A stretch of 38,969 nt of DNA from Chitinophagaceae bacterium (GCA_044349815.1 JBIKQE010000001.1:1-38969), one strand, 5' to 3'. Counted from the stretch's first letter, positions 25,303 through 35,437 are shown. The notes: generated from the letters alone by a model not told the origin. Program-made: numbers and translations.

Positions 25303-26544
25303 TTAATATACACTCATACGCAATTCGGCGAGTTGTGCCCAGTATTGAGGGAACGATTTACGAACGCATTCGGCATCGTCGATCACAATTACTTTGCCCG
25401 TAAAGGCCAATGGAGCAAAGGCCATGGCTAAACGATGGTCGTGGTATGTATTTAAGTTGAATAAAGAATGTTTGAAATCTACCTTATCGGCATAGGCTCG
25501 CAAAATATCGTTTTCGTATTCCAACACATAACCTACTTTCTTTAATTCGATTTGCAAAGCACTTAAGCGTTCACTTTCTTTTAAATTCAAATGTTGAATA
25601 CCGGTACTGCGTACTTCGGGGAATAACACGGCACAGGTTACAATAAAGGGAACGGCTAAATCGGGATAATCGGTATAATCGATGAGGCAATTTTTTAGGG
25701 CTTCCGCCGAAGGCACCTGTTTTTTAGTTATGTGGATGCCCTTTTCCGTAAAGGTGGTTTCGATGCCTAGTTGCGCCGCAATGTCCACCACATGAGCATC
25801 GCCTTGCAAACTGTTTTTATATAAGCCGGGTAAATGCAATTGAGCCTGTTGGCTGAATAAGGCTAAGGAATAATAAAAGGCGGCACTGCTCCAGTCGTTT
25901 TCAACATGGTACTCGCAAGGTATATAGGCTTGTTCGGGTATGTGCAACCCATCCTCATCTTGCTGATAACGTATGCCAAATTTAAACATAACATCCAAGG
26001 TCATTCGGATATAAGGAAACGATACTCGTTGCCCACTCAACGATATGGTTAACCCACCCGGTAAGGTTGGTGCTAACATACACAAGGCCGATACAAATTG
26101 GCTACTTTGCGACGCATCAATATGAAGCTTGCCACCTTGCAAAGCACGTCCTTCGATATACCATGTAGCGTCGTTTTTTTCTTCAATATGAGCACCTAAT
26201 TGTTGTAAGGCCTTCACCAAGGGTTGAATGGGACGTTGACGCAATCGCTTGGTTCCGGTTAGGGTAAACGATTGGCCTACGCGCGTAGCCAATAAAGGAA
26301 GAATAAAGCGAAATACCGTACCGGCATCGCTACAATCAATTACGGTGTGGGCCTGGCCCGCTGCAATCGCTTGTAAGTTTTCTTGCATCACAACGGCATC
26401 GGTTCCCGACGATAAATTGTGGATGAGCATATGGGCTTCCAACGGCATGTAGGCCCGGATCATTAAAGCACGGTTGCTCAAACTTTTAGAGGCTGGAACT
26501 TGAACGGTTCCTTGAAGGGCTGAACTATTGGTAACGATTCTCAT
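25303..26544 (-). CDS. aroA: 3-phosphoshikimate 1-carboxyvinyltransferase (EPSP synthase)
   Basis: VPASKSLSNRALM, the GTKRLRQRPI loop, DHRLAMAFA, and a length of 413 aa. Confidence 0.85.
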   Translation of the reverse strand: MRIVTNSSALQGTVQVPASKSLSNRALMIRAYMPLEAHMLIHNLSSGTDAVVMQENLQAIAAGQAHTVIDCSDAGTVFRFILPLLATRVGQSFTLTGTKRLRQRPIQPLVKALQQLGAHIEEKNDATWYIEGRALQGGKLHIDASQSSQFVSALCMLAPTLPGGLTISLSGQRVSFPYIRMTLDVMFKFGIRYQQDEDGLHIPEQAYIPCEYHVENDWSSAAFYYSLALFSQQAQLHLPGLYKNSLQGDAHVVDIAAQLGIETTFTEKGIHITKKQVPSAEALKNCLIDYTDYPDLAVPFIVTCAVLFPEVRSTGIQHLNLKESERLSALQIELKKVGYVLEYENDILRAYADKVDFKHSLFNLNTYHDHRLAMAFAPLAFTGKVIVIDDAECVRKSFPQYWAQLAELRMSVY

Positions 26545-27550
26545 GAATGGCTTCAGATATTAAAGATTCCTCAACAGACACCTGTAATTGGGGTACGCCC
26601 GGCGAAGATATTAAACTCATACGGATGCTGTTCCGATTTTTTTTATCGTGTTGCAAGGCGCTTAATAACGCTGTTGTGCTAAAGGTAATAGGAGGTCGGT
26701 TAGGGAATAAGTTTCGGTATAATGCCCGATATTGATCGTAAACCGATTGGTTGAGATGGCAGCAACGGACACTCAGCCATAATTCCATTTGTAGTCCGGC
26801 CATGATGGCTTCGCCATGTAGCCAAGGTATAGGGCTCTGTAAAGAACAAGCTTCAATGGCATGCCCCAAACTGTGCCCCAAATTAAGGGCTTGACGAATA
26901 CCTCGATCGTAAGGGTCTGCTTCTGCCATATTTAATTTGAGGGCCTGTGCATGTTGTATGGCCTCTAATTCAAAAAACGACTGATACGAAAAGGTTTGTA
27001 TTCGTTCCCACGCCTCGCTACTTTCAAGCAAAGCATGCTTAACCATTTCGGCTATGCCGCTGTGGAGTTCACGTTCGGGGAGTGTTTTAAAAAAGGCTGG
27101 TTGACAATATACCGCTTCGGCCGGGTAATAACTACCAATGTTGTTTTTGATATTGCTTAGATTAATGGCTGTTTTTCCACCTAACGAAGCATCCACCATG
27201 GCCAATAAGGTAGTGGGTATTAAACGCAAGCGCATACCGCGTTTGTATACGGAGGCACAAAATGAGGCTACATCGCACAATGCCCCGCCACCGAGAACAA
27301 GCATTATATCGTTGTTTTGGGCTCCTCCTTCAAGAAGGCTATCCCATATAAGGGTACAAACATCCAATTGTTTGGCAGCTTCGCCTGCCGGTACTACAAT
27401 ACGCTTGGCATGCACCAAAAACGGCATGTATTGCAATAATATCGGCAAACAGAACCCATTAGTACGAGCATCTGTAACAATAAAGAGGCGCTCGTTGGCT
27501 AAGCTTGCCCATCTTATTTCTTCGCCGGCATATATGCGCTGTGTTGTCAT
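26525..27550 (-). CDS. aroB: 3-dehydroquinate synthase
   Basis: GGGALCDVASFCASVYKRGMRLRLIPTTLLAMVDASLGGKTAINL, KNNIGSYYPAEAV, LNLGHSLGHAIE and HGEAIMAG. Confidence 0.85.
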   Translation of the reverse strand: MTTQRIYAGEEIRWASLANERLFIVTDARTNGFCLPILLQYMPFLVHAKRIVVPAGEAAKQLDVCTLIWDSLLEGGAQNNDIMLVLGGGALCDVASFCASVYKRGMRLRLIPTTLLAMVDASLGGKTAINLSNIKNNIGSYYPAEAVYCQPAFFKTLPERELHSGIAEMVKHALLESSEAWERIQTFSYQSFFELEAIQHAQALKLNMAEADPYDRGIRQALNLGHSLGHAIEACSLQSPIPWLHGEAIMAGLQMELWLSVRCCHLNQSVYDQYRALYRNLFPNRPPITFSTTALLSALQHDKKNRNSIRMSLISSPGVPQLQVSVEESLISEAIHENRYQ

Positions 27551-27840
27551 GCTAATTGTTGCAAAGTTTGAGCCGAAAAAGCCTGTGCAGGACTATTGAA
27601 CCAAGGTTTAATAGTTGTCCATGTGTCTTTGAAAAAATCCGATAAACGATAATCTTCTAAATGCTGAGCCTCCTGCCAATGACTGTAAGTATAAAACACA
27701 TTTTCGTTTTGATGATCTTGCCATAATTCCAAGTAAGTGCAGCCGGGTACACCACGAATTTTTTCTTTACGGTCTTCAAACAATTGTTTGAAATTGTTGG
27801 TGTATTGGCCCTTAAACTCCAGTCGAACTACTCGGATCAT
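27547..27840 (-). CDS. ABM (antibiotic-biosynthesis-monooxygenase-like) ferredoxin-fold domain protein
   Basis: 97 aa, with the ABM pattern VVRLEFK..F..LFE..KEKIRGVPGC..LELWQD..NENVFYTYSHWQ....LE.YR.S. Its stop codon overlaps the aroB start codon (ATGA). Confidence 0.6.
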   Translation of the reverse strand: MIRVVRLEFKGQYTNNFKQLFEDRKEKIRGVPGCTYLELWQDHQNENVFYTYSHWQEAQHLEDYRLSDFFKDTWTTIKPWFNSPAQAFSAQTLQQLA

Positions 27841-28630
27841 CGAAATGCAATTTGATTTTATAAAAATATTTTTCGCGTTCGTCCGTTAATGATATTCCAA
27901 TAAGATTAGCCGCGTTACCCTTGTTTACGGCAATTTCCAGATTCCCTGCGGTATTAAATAAGCAAAGTAATTGGCCGGGCGGAACATCGTTATAATGTTG
28001 GCTAACCGAATTAATTTCGTCGTGACGCCAATTGATGATGTGAAACGTTCGCCCTCTTCGCACTTCTTCAAATTGGGCGCGGTTGATATCTAAAACTACA
28101 TTGCCAAAACCATCAACCCACAGTACCCGTAAATCAATGCCTTTTTCTTGGATGGCGGGAATGGGCACATTCACAAAAAACATGTCTTGCGCATTGGCCG
28201 GTATTAGCCCCTGCTTGTTACCTTGATGCAATAACTCAATTTGCCGTATCAATACATCGGTGAGTTGAATGTAGTTGTAAGGTTGAACCGACTCTTCCAA
28301 GAAATAATAGGTGGCCGCCCGGTCGTTAAACATCAAGGGTAATAGACCATTGTTGGCACAAAAAAAATGCTGATCGTCTACACAGGTATACAATACCCTG
28401 CGAAACCGATCTTCATACATATTATTAAAAATTAAATGGAAGGAGTTGGCAGGGAAGTAGGGGGCACTGGCTTTTACGTGGTAAATGGTTTCTTTGAGGT
28501 GATTAGGATTATTTACATGCGTAATATCTGTAATGATAATATCGCGAAAAGCGGAATACAATTTACCCTTGATCACGGCTGGCGCATGATCGAGAAGTCC
28601 AAAGTCGGAGCTCAGGGTAAGGTGAAGCAT
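27812..28630 (-). CDS. SAM hydroxide adenosyltransferase family (DUF62, chlorinase/fluorinase-like)
   Basis: MLHLTLSSDFGLLDHAPAVIKGKL at the N-terminus and VLWVDGFGNVVLDI in the C-terminal half. The ATG at 28630 is preferred over the TTG at 28663. Confidence 0.65.
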   Translation of the reverse strand: MLHLTLSSDFGLLDHAPAVIKGKLYSAFRDIIITDITHVNNPNHLKETIYHVKASAPYFPANSFHLIFNNMYEDRFRRVLYTCVDDQHFFCANNGLLPLMFNDRAATYYFLEESVQPYNYIQLTDVLIRQIELLHQGNKQGLIPANAQDMFFVNVPIPAIQEKGIDLRVLWVDGFGNVVLDINRAQFEEVRRGRTFHIINWRHDEINSVSQHYNDVPPGQLLCLFNTAGNLEIAVNKGNAANLIGISLTDEREKYFYKIKLHFDDPSSSTGV

Positions 28631-28682
28631 ACGCAAAGATAAGAGGGGACAAGCGTATGCCAAATTACTTTACTTTTGCACC

Positions 28683-29183
28683 ATGAATACGACGTTGAAA
28701 ACGGTTTTACTCACCGTGCTCACCTTATCGGTGTTTGCCATTGCCTTGGTTGAATTAAGTGGTGTTAGCCGCACAGCCCTCTTCAATCGGTTTGAAGGGG
28801 CTGAAGTTCATGAAACTTTTACGCCCAAACAACAGGCCGATCGGGATGCGGAAGCGAATAAACTGCCTAAAACAACCTTGGAAGTGGCAGAAACCAAGTT
28901 CGATTTTGGCACCATTAAAGAAGGGCAGAAAGTCCGTCATGTTTGGCAAGTTAAGAATGCCGGGAAGGTGCCATTGCTGATTGCGAATGTTCAAGCCAGT
29001 TGTGGTTGTACGGTTCCATCGTACCCTAAAAACCCAATTGCTCCGGGCGAATATGGCGAAGTAACACTTGAATTCAATAGCGAAGGACGCCCAGGTAGTG
29101 TAACCAAGAATGCCTTAATTATTGCGAATGCCGATAATGCGCCTCTCTCTATTGGCTTTACGGCAAACGTAGAACCTAAATAA
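28683..29183 (+). CDS. DUF1573 domain protein (membrane-anchored)
   Basis: N-terminal anchor, then FDFGTIKEGQKVRHVWQVKNAGKVPLLIANVQASCGCTVPSYPKNPIAPGEYGEVTLEF, which is the DUF1573 signature. Confidence 0.75.
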   Translation: MNTTLKTVLLTVLTLSVFAIALVELSGVSRTALFNRFEGAEVHETFTPKQQADRDAEANKLPKTTLEVAETKFDFGTIKEGQKVRHVWQVKNAGKVPLLIANVQASCGCTVPSYPKNPIAPGEYGEVTLEFNSEGRPGSVTKNALIIANADNAPLSIGFTANVEPK

Positions 29184-29187
29184 TACT

Positions 29188-30048
29188 GTGGCTCGTTTTA
29201 ACCGCTCTTCCTCGCCCGATTCCTCTCAAGAGATGAGTTTTATAGACCATCTCGAAGAGTTGCGTTGGCATGTGGTGCGATCGGCGGCGGTTATTTTAGG
29301 CATGGCCATTCTTATTTTTGTTTACATCGATTTTATTTTTGATCGTATTGTATTCGGTCCGATGCGGAGCGACTTTTTTACCTATACCGGTTTGTGCGAA
29401 TTCAGTCGGTTTGTTCATTTAGGGGATGCCTTGTGTATGCCACCTCCCAATGTTCAAATGCAAGTAACCGAATTTGGTTCGCAATTCATGAGCAGTATTA
29501 CGCTGTCGGTTATTGGTGGTTTTATTTTGGCGTTCCCGTATGTATTTTGGGAAGTTTGGCGCTTTATTAAACCGGCACTTAGTGCTGCAGAAATTCGTAA
29601 AAGCCGATTCGCTATTTTTTGGGTGAGTTTTTTCTTTTTTTTAGGGGTCTTATTTGGTTATTTTTTATTGGCACCATTCACCTTTAGCTTTTTGTCTAAT
29701 TTTAAAATAGGCACGCTGCAAGCTATCGAAACCAAACCAACCTTGAGCGATTATGTCGACAATATGGTCAATATTATTTTAGGAACCGGCCTGTCGTTTG
29801 AATTGCCCGTAATTGCCTATGTGCTTACCCGTGTTGGTTTAATAACACCTGCTTTCATGGCACAATACCGCAAGTATGCTTATGTGGTTATTTTGGTTGT
29901 AGCCGCCATCATCACCCCATCGCCCGATTGGATGAGTCAATTGATTGTAGCGCTTCCCTTATTTGTATTGTACGAAGTGGGTATCTTGGTGAGCATGAAA
30001 GTACACAAAGAGGAACAATCGAAAGCCATTGCCTACTTTAACGATTAG
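29188..30048 (+). CDS. tatC: Twin-arginine translocase subunit TatC
   Basis: MSFIDHLEELRWHVVRS, six predicted TM segments, and PSPDWMSQ near the C-terminus. The start may be the GTG at 29188 or the ATG at 29233. Confidence 0.85.
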   Translation: MARFNRSSSPDSSQEMSFIDHLEELRWHVVRSAAVILGMAILIFVYIDFIFDRIVFGPMRSDFFTYTGLCEFSRFVHLGDALCMPPPNVQMQVTEFGSQFMSSITLSVIGGFILAFPYVFWEVWRFIKPALSAAEIRKSRFAIFWVSFFFFLGVLFGYFLLAPFTFSFLSNFKIGTLQAIETKPTLSDYVDNMVNIILGTGLSFELPVIAYVLTRVGLITPAFMAQYRKYAYVVILVVAAIITPSPDWMSQLIVALPLFVLYEVGILVSMKVHKEEQSKAIAYFND

Positions 30049-31444
30049 GGGTTCGCATATCAATGGCATTTTCCCAGTTGCCTTTTATTAAAATATTTTC
30101 GTTGAGAGGCTCCACCCATTCTGGTTGGCGTCGTTCCTTCCAAGAGCCCGTATCCCATTGCCCGTTATTGTTTTCGTCGTGATGCCTGCGTAAGGCATAT
30201 TGGCCGGGCAATAAATGAGGAAAAACAATACTGCTGTCGTTGCCCGATTGTGTGGCTATGATTTTGTTGTTGGCAATCAATTGAATTCGATGCGTTGGCG
30301 ACGGAGTATATCGAACTCGAATAAGTCCATAATCGGAACCTTGTTTGGTTCGAAAATGATATTCGCGCGCAGCAAGCATTTGTTGGTTGGTATCGCCAAC
30401 AAAATCAGCCGTAAAACGTAGTCGGTATAAAGTGTTTTCTTGCCAGTCGAATGCAATACGATACACTAAGCTGTCGGGTGTAGATACATATTGTGCCTCG
30501 GCTTCAACAACACTATCCGAATACAAACGAACTGCCAATGAATTCATTTTTCCCGGCATGCGCGAAAAGGTAATTTTTAACGTGTCGTATAGATTAAAAC
30601 TTCGTTGATTGGTGTTGCCGGTATCCACATTGACAGTATAGCCAAATGGTATTGTTTTTTTACTTTCAAAGCGAGCCGTAATGCCTGTTTTTGATTTGCT
30701 TGTTGGCGTAGGAACTTCAGCAAAGCTGAACAACCGAATGCGGTTGGTATCGCGTATTGGGTTGATGGTGTTCAATAAGAAAGCAATACGATCGGATGGT
30801 GCATCGCGCCGAAAATTTTGATTTTCATCTTGCAAGGCCACTACTTTGAAATCGCGATTGGGTAAGTTGCGCCACTCAAAGCCTTTGGCCGTGTTCTTAG
30901 TTACGTATAAGGGTTTGTTCATCCACAACAACGAGTCGGGCGTTTCGGCAGGATATAAAAAAATACACACAGACGTATCGGCAAAACCCGTAGCGGCATC
31001 AATGCATTCGCCATAAATGCGCAATGAATCGAAATAGGCCCCGGTTGAAAACGTCCAACTTAATCCGGTATACGGGTTCCCTTCACGTAAATCGCGAACC
31101 GCATTGCCTAAATCGATGCGGTAGGTGGTGTTGGCTTCAAGCAAAGAATCGGGTATTTCGAGGCTAAGCCGACGTTTATGGACACGCACCATCGGATTGT
31201 TTTTTACCAATGGCGTGATGTTGAGTTCCTTATTCACATCTTGTAACTTGATAAACTCATCAAAATCGACGGTCCATTGGCCTCCCTTGCATTGTAAGGT
31301 GGAATCGCCCACCGAACGCCTTACGATTTTTGGGGCTATTATATCTTTATCGCCACCCGATGGGGTTGTAATGGTGGCACATCCCGAAATCAGGAAATAA
31401 ATGGCCCACAAAAGACCTGTATACAGGGAAACTCCTTTCGTCAC
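30038..31444 (-). CDS. Lipoprotein with an N-terminal Ig-like (SbsA/Big_5-like) domain
   Basis: Lipobox FLISGC followed by ATITTPSGGDKDIIAPKIV, a pattern common in Bacteroidota Ig-like lipoproteins. The rest is beta-rich with no catalytic motif. Confidence 0.5.
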   Translation of the reverse strand: MTKGVSLYTGLLWAIYFLISGCATITTPSGGDKDIIAPKIVRRSVGDSTLQCKGGQWTVDFDEFIKLQDVNKELNITPLVKNNPMVRVHKRRLSLEIPDSLLEANTTYRIDLGNAVRDLREGNPYTGLSWTFSTGAYFDSLRIYGECIDAATGFADTSVCIFLYPAETPDSLLWMNKPLYVTKNTAKGFEWRNLPNRDFKVVALQDENQNFRRDAPSDRIAFLLNTINPIRDTNRIRLFSFAEVPTPTSKSKTGITARFESKKTIPFGYTVNVDTGNTNQRSFNLYDTLKITFSRMPGKMNSLAVRLYSDSVVEAEAQYVSTPDSLVYRIAFDWQENTLYRLRFTADFVGDTNQQMLAAREYHFRTKQGSDYGLIRVRYTPSPTHRIQLIANNKIIATQSGNDSSIVFPHLLPGQYALRRHHDENNNGQWDTGSWKERRQPEWVEPLNENILIKGNWENAIDMRTPNR

Positions 31445-31547
31445 AATGCAATGATAAGCATAGAATAAAGAACTCGTAACGAATGCCGGTGTCTTTAATA
31501 GTTTTTTATCAGCCTCCTCCGTGTAAATTTCCCTTATTTTTGAAGCG

Positions 31548-32528
31548 GTGTTATACGATCGTTTTCAGCGCAAGCATAATTATTTACGCATTTCCCTTAC
31601 GGATGCCTGTAATTTCAGGTGTACTTATTGTTTGCCAGACGAAAACATGGTTTTCACGCCACCCGCTCACTTACTTCAAGCCCCCGAAATTGTTGCTTTG
31701 GCCAAACAATTCATTTTGTTGGGGGTCAATAAAATTCGTTTAACGGGCGGAGAACCCTTGATGCGGAAAGAGGTAGATTGGATTGTGAGCGAATTAGGGC
31801 TATTAGGCGTTCAAACAACTTTAACCACCAATGCCGCTTTGTTGCATCGGCACATGAATGCCTTGTGGGATGCCGGTATGCGTAGTTTGAATATCAGTTT
31901 AGATACACTCAATCCGCTCACCTTTCTTGCCCTTACCAAGCGAAATGAATTCGATACTGTTTACAACAATATTCAATTGGCTTTAGAACGGGGGTTTAAA
32001 ATCAAAATTAATGTAGTGGTGATGCGAGGTGTTAATCATCACGAAATCAATCGGTTTGTTGCATGGACGCAACATGCTCCCATTGAAATTCGGTTTATTG
32101 AATTCATGCCCTTCGATCGGAATCAATGGCAAGAAAAACATGTGTTTACCTACGCCGAAATTCTTGAAACCATTCAAGAGCAATATCCTATTCAGGCACT
32201 TGAAAAAGAACACCAAGCTACAGCACGTGTATTGACCATAGCCGGACACCAAGGCCGCGTGGCGGTTATTAGTACCATGACGCATCCGTTCTGTTCCGAT
32301 TGCAACCGATTGCGTTTGACCGCCGATGGTAAACTGAAAAACTGTCTCTTTTCAAAAAATGAAACCGATTTGTTGACAGCCTACCGTTTGGGAGAGCCTA
32401 TTGAACCACTCATCAGGGAGGCCTTGTATCAAAAAGAGGCGGCACTTGGCGGGCAATTATCAACCGATTATCAAACCATTCATCCAGATGACCTTCGGAA
32501 CAGGCCAATGATTTCGATTGGTGGCTAA
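31548..32528 (+). CDS. moaA: GTP 3',8-cyclase (molybdenum cofactor biosynthesis protein A)
   Basis: YLRISLTDACNFRCTYCLP (radical-SAM cluster), RLTGGEPLMR, a C-terminal auxiliary cluster (CSDCNRLRLTADGKLKNCLF), and the terminal GG. GTG start. Confidence 0.85.
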   Translation: MLYDRFQRKHNYLRISLTDACNFRCTYCLPDENMVFTPPAHLLQAPEIVALAKQFILLGVNKIRLTGGEPLMRKEVDWIVSELGLLGVQTTLTTNAALLHRHMNALWDAGMRSLNISLDTLNPLTFLALTKRNEFDTVYNNIQLALERGFKIKINVVVMRGVNHHEINRFVAWTQHAPIEIRFIEFMPFDRNQWQEKHVFTYAEILETIQEQYPIQALEKEHQATARVLTIAGHQGRVAVISTMTHPFCSDCNRLRLTADGKLKNCLFSKNETDLLTAYRLGEPIEPLIREALYQKEAALGGQLSTDYQTIHPDDLRNRPMISIGG

Positions 32529-32623
32529 GGTATTTGTCCTTGAATTGTCAATTATTACCCCAAAAAAATAGTTCTGTGTTTATTCATTGTGTAAATTACA
32601 CACACTCAACTAGTTCTATTGCC

Positions 32624-33412
32624 ATGAATCGATTTCAATCCTTGCGCTTGTCGGCTTGTTTGCTGATAGGATGCACAGCCGCCTTTTTAGTATTAAGTTC
32701 AACCGACAATGGTGGTACAGGCGTGAACAACGCTGCTGCCAATGGCACCGCATGCAACCCTTGCCATGGCAATGTTTCAAATGCCAATACCACCATTACG
32801 TTTTCGGGTGTCCCTATTGGGTCGTATACACCAGGCACCACGTATCCGGTTACCCTTACCATCAGCAACCCATTCATGCCCAAATGTGGCTTTAGTTTGT
32901 ATGTAACGGGCGGCACCCTTTCGGGGAACCCTACAGGAACCACCCTTACTCCGTTATCGTTCAATCAGATTCGCCACAATACCCCCTTAACGATGACGAG
33001 TGGCGTGTATACCTGCAATTTTAATTGGATAGCCCCTGCGGCCGGAGGAACAGTAACGGTGAAGGTTGTAGCGAATGCAGTTAACGACAATGGCATCAAC
33101 GACGCCGGCGATCAGTGGAACACGGCAACATTTACCCTCCCGCAAGCACCCAATACAATCAATAATTGGCAAGCCGAAACCGTTTCGGTTTATCCTAATC
33201 CGGCTTCATCGATTTTGATGTTAGATACCAAAAATGGGGCCAGCATCAGTGGGGTGTTTGTGCAAACAATTGCCGGACAAGTTTTACAAGTACCTGTAGA
33301 TAATCATCAAGGCACCTTGCGTGTTGATGTCAATGCCTTGGCTAATGGGTATTATCAAATTGCATATTACCAGAACGGTCATTTTCGCCAAACCGCCTTT
33401 ATTAAAAAATAA
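32624..33412 (+). CDS. Paralogue P1: secreted CxxCH-motif domain + T9SS C-terminal sorting domain
   Basis: The ATG at 32624 gives a signal peptide. CNPCH lies at nt 32753-32767. The conserved core reads F.W.AP..GG.VT..V..NAVN.N...D.GDQWN, and the C-terminal domain reads VSVYPNPASS..GYYQIAYYQNGHFRQTAFIKK. Confidence 0.7.
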   Translation: MNRFQSLRLSACLLIGCTAAFLVLSSTDNGGTGVNNAAANGTACNPCHGNVSNANTTITFSGVPIGSYTPGTTYPVTLTISNPFMPKCGFSLYVTGGTLSGNPTGTTLTPLSFNQIRHNTPLTMTSGVYTCNFNWIAPAAGGTVTVKVVANAVNDNGINDAGDQWNTATFTLPQAPNTINNWQAETVSVYPNPASSILMLDTKNGASISGVFVQTIAGQVLQVPVDNHQGTLRVDVNALANGYYQIAYYQNGHFRQTAFIKK

Positions 33413-33495
33413 TTTTTGTTTTTTCAATACCCTATGTATTAAAAAACTTGATATATATAAAAAAAAATGTATTTTAGTGTGCTAAAACAAAAGCT

Positions 33496-34272
33496 ATGAA
33501 GCGAATTATTACTATAAGTATGTTTGCCTTTTCGGGGATGCTCGCCATTATTTCATTGAGTTCGTCTAAAACAGCCTCTACCGGTGTTATGGGGCAAGCC
33601 TCACAAAATCAAGGTTGCGGATCGTGCCACGGAAACAGTGCCAGCGCCGCCACCGTTATAAATGTTACCGGTATTCCGGCCGCAGGTTATACGCCTGGTA
33701 CAATGTATCCGGTAACCTTAACCATCACCAATAATAATAGCATGATGGGTGCCGGTTTTGATTTGTTTTTTACGGCCGGGGCTATTTCAGGGGCTCCTGC
33801 CGGCACCATGACGATGATGGCCAATAAAGAATTGCACCATATACAACGCTTTCCAATGACCTCGGGTGTATGTACCATCAATTTTAATTGGACTGCTCCC
33901 GCGGCAGGTGGATTGGTTACTTTAACGGTAGCTGGTAATGCGGTAAATGGCAACGATCAAAACTCAGGCGATCAGTGGAACAAATCGATCTTCACCTATA
34001 ATGCCGCGCCTAATTCAGTAACCGATGTAGCTACCGAAACTATTTCGGTTTATCCGAATCCGGCTTCTACGTCAATCACGTTAGATTCAAAAAATCAAGC
34101 GCCTATAACGGGTGTTGTAATCAGCAATTTATCGGGACAGCGTTTCGATATGCCTGTATTGAATCAGCAAGGTAAATTAAATATAGAGGTAGCTTCGTTG
34201 GCAAGCGGTTTCTATCAAATCAGTTATTATCAACAGGGTATGGTTCACCGTACTTCGTTCGTTAAGAAATAA
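33496..34272 (+). CDS. Paralogue P2: secreted CxxCH-motif domain + T9SS C-terminal sorting domain
   Basis: Signal peptide, CGSCH at nt 33616-33630, the same core as P1 (NFNWTAPAAGGLVTLTVAGNAVNGNDQNSGDQWN), and the C-terminal domain ISVYPNPAST..GFYQISYYQQGMVHRTSFVKK. Confidence 0.7.
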   Translation: MKRIITISMFAFSGMLAIISLSSSKTASTGVMGQASQNQGCGSCHGNSASAATVINVTGIPAAGYTPGTMYPVTLTITNNNSMMGAGFDLFFTAGAISGAPAGTMTMMANKELHHIQRFPMTSGVCTINFNWTAPAAGGLVTLTVAGNAVNGNDQNSGDQWNKSIFTYNAAPNSVTDVATETISVYPNPASTSITLDSKNQAPITGVVISNLSGQRFDMPVLNQQGKLNIEVASLASGFYQISYYQQGMVHRTSFVKK

Positions 34273-34290
34273 GTTTCTGTTTGTGTGTTA

Positions 34291-34323
34291 AAAAGGGTCG
34301 CCAGATATTGGCGACCCTTTTTT
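34291..34323 (+). terminator. Rho-independent terminator after P2
   Basis: aaagggtcgcc-agatatt-ggcgacccttt followed by tttt. Confidence 0.7.
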
Positions 34324-34364
34324 ATGGCATGTGTTGTACTTTAGTGTTTTAATTCGTTTTGGCT

Positions 34365-35429
34365 ATGATGGTAAAAATGCCCTTATCGATTTCCTTAGCA
34401 ATAGCCTCTGTACTGGTGGTATTGTTTTTTTCATCGAGCAACAGTGGGGTTACAGGTAAAAGCACATCCGGTTGTGGGGGTGGCAATTGCCATCAACCCG
34501 ATACAGCAACAAACATGACCATTACAGGGCTTCCACCAAACGGCTATGTGCAAGGCCAAACGTATGCGCTCCAATTGATGGTTAGCAACCTGCAAAAGCA
34601 AGGTGCCGGCTTTAATATGACAGTTAATGGAGGTAGTTTAACCGCTTCGGTGGGTTCACAAGTAAACGGGTTGCAAGAATTATATCATACAAGCACCAAG
34701 GCCATGGTGGCAGGAACGGCTACATGGTCGTTTAACTGGATCGCGCCAAGCACCGGTTTTTCGCCTGTAGTTTTTTTTATAGCCGGCAATGCCGTAAACA
34801 TGAACAACAACCCACAAATCGATGCGTTCGATACCGATCAAGTTTCAGTGAGTGCCGCCGTAACGAGTGCAGTGCCAACTATAAACTCGGTGAATGTAAG
34901 TGGCATTACACCCAACAATGCCACCATCAATGCCGTGGTGAATGCCAACAACAGCACCACATCGTGCAGCATCGAATATGGTACAACCGTAGCGTATGGG
35001 AATACAGCCGCAATGGCACCAAGCTCGTTTGGGGGTGTTGCGAACACGGCGGTATCAGCTTCGTTAACGGGCTTATTGCCGAGCACCAATTATCATTACC
35101 GCTTGAAAGCAAGTAATGCCAACGGCACAGTGTACAGCAACGACGCCGTGTTTATTACCTACCCATCGAGTGTGGAGGAAGCAAGCATCAACAAAGCCCA
35201 TTTTTTTCCAAATCCTTGTACAGACTTCCTAACGTATGTTGCCAAGAACCCAAACAGCATGGTGCAATTAAACGTTGTGAATGCCCTTGGACAAGTTCAA
35301 CACCTGCCAATCATCTACTTGGGCCAAGGCCGTTATCAAGTACAAACTGCGCATTTGCCTCCCGGTGTTTATAGCCTCAAAGCACAAAGCGCTCAACAAA
35401 ACGAATTTGCATTATTTTTGAAACAATAA
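34365..35429 (+). CDS. Paralogue P3: secreted Cx4CH-motif domain + FN3-like domain + T9SS C-terminal sorting domain
   Basis: CGGGNCH at nt 34473-34493. The homologous core reads WSFNWIAPSTGFSPVVFFIAGNAVN. The inserted FN3-like module reads ..SCSIEYGTTVAYGN..LTGLLPSTNYHYRLKASNANGTVYS, and the C-terminal domain reads FFPNPCTD..GVYSLKAQ. The ATG at 34365 is preferred to the TTG at 34359. Confidence 0.7.
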   Translation: MMVKMPLSISLAIASVLVVLFFSSSNSGVTGKSTSGCGGGNCHQPDTATNMTITGLPPNGYVQGQTYALQLMVSNLQKQGAGFNMTVNGGSLTASVGSQVNGLQELYHTSTKAMVAGTATWSFNWIAPSTGFSPVVFFIAGNAVNMNNNPQIDAFDTDQVSVSAAVTSAVPTINSVNVSGITPNNATINAVVNANNSTTSCSIEYGTTVAYGNTAAMAPSSFGGVANTAVSASLTGLLPSTNYHYRLKASNANGTVYSNDAVFITYPSSVEEASINKAHFFPNPCTDFLTYVAKNPNSMVQLNVVNALGQVQHLPIIYLGQGRYQVQTAHLPPGVYSLKAQSAQQNEFALFLKQ

Positions 35430-35437
35430 GTTTTATT

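Noticed and set aside
31445-31547. A possible Moco riboswitch upstream of moaA; the region contains the word gcctcctcc.
   Set aside because: The whole divergent intergenic region is only 103 nt, which is too short for the ~130-140-nt Moco motif. I could not draw the conserved helices.
31548-33412. A functional link between moaA (molybdenum cofactor synthesis) and the adjacent CxxCH/T9SS array.
   Set aside because: Only adjacency supports it. A roughly 95-nt gap and separate start signals lie between them, and no other moa or molybdoenzyme gene is in the window. It is noted only as context.
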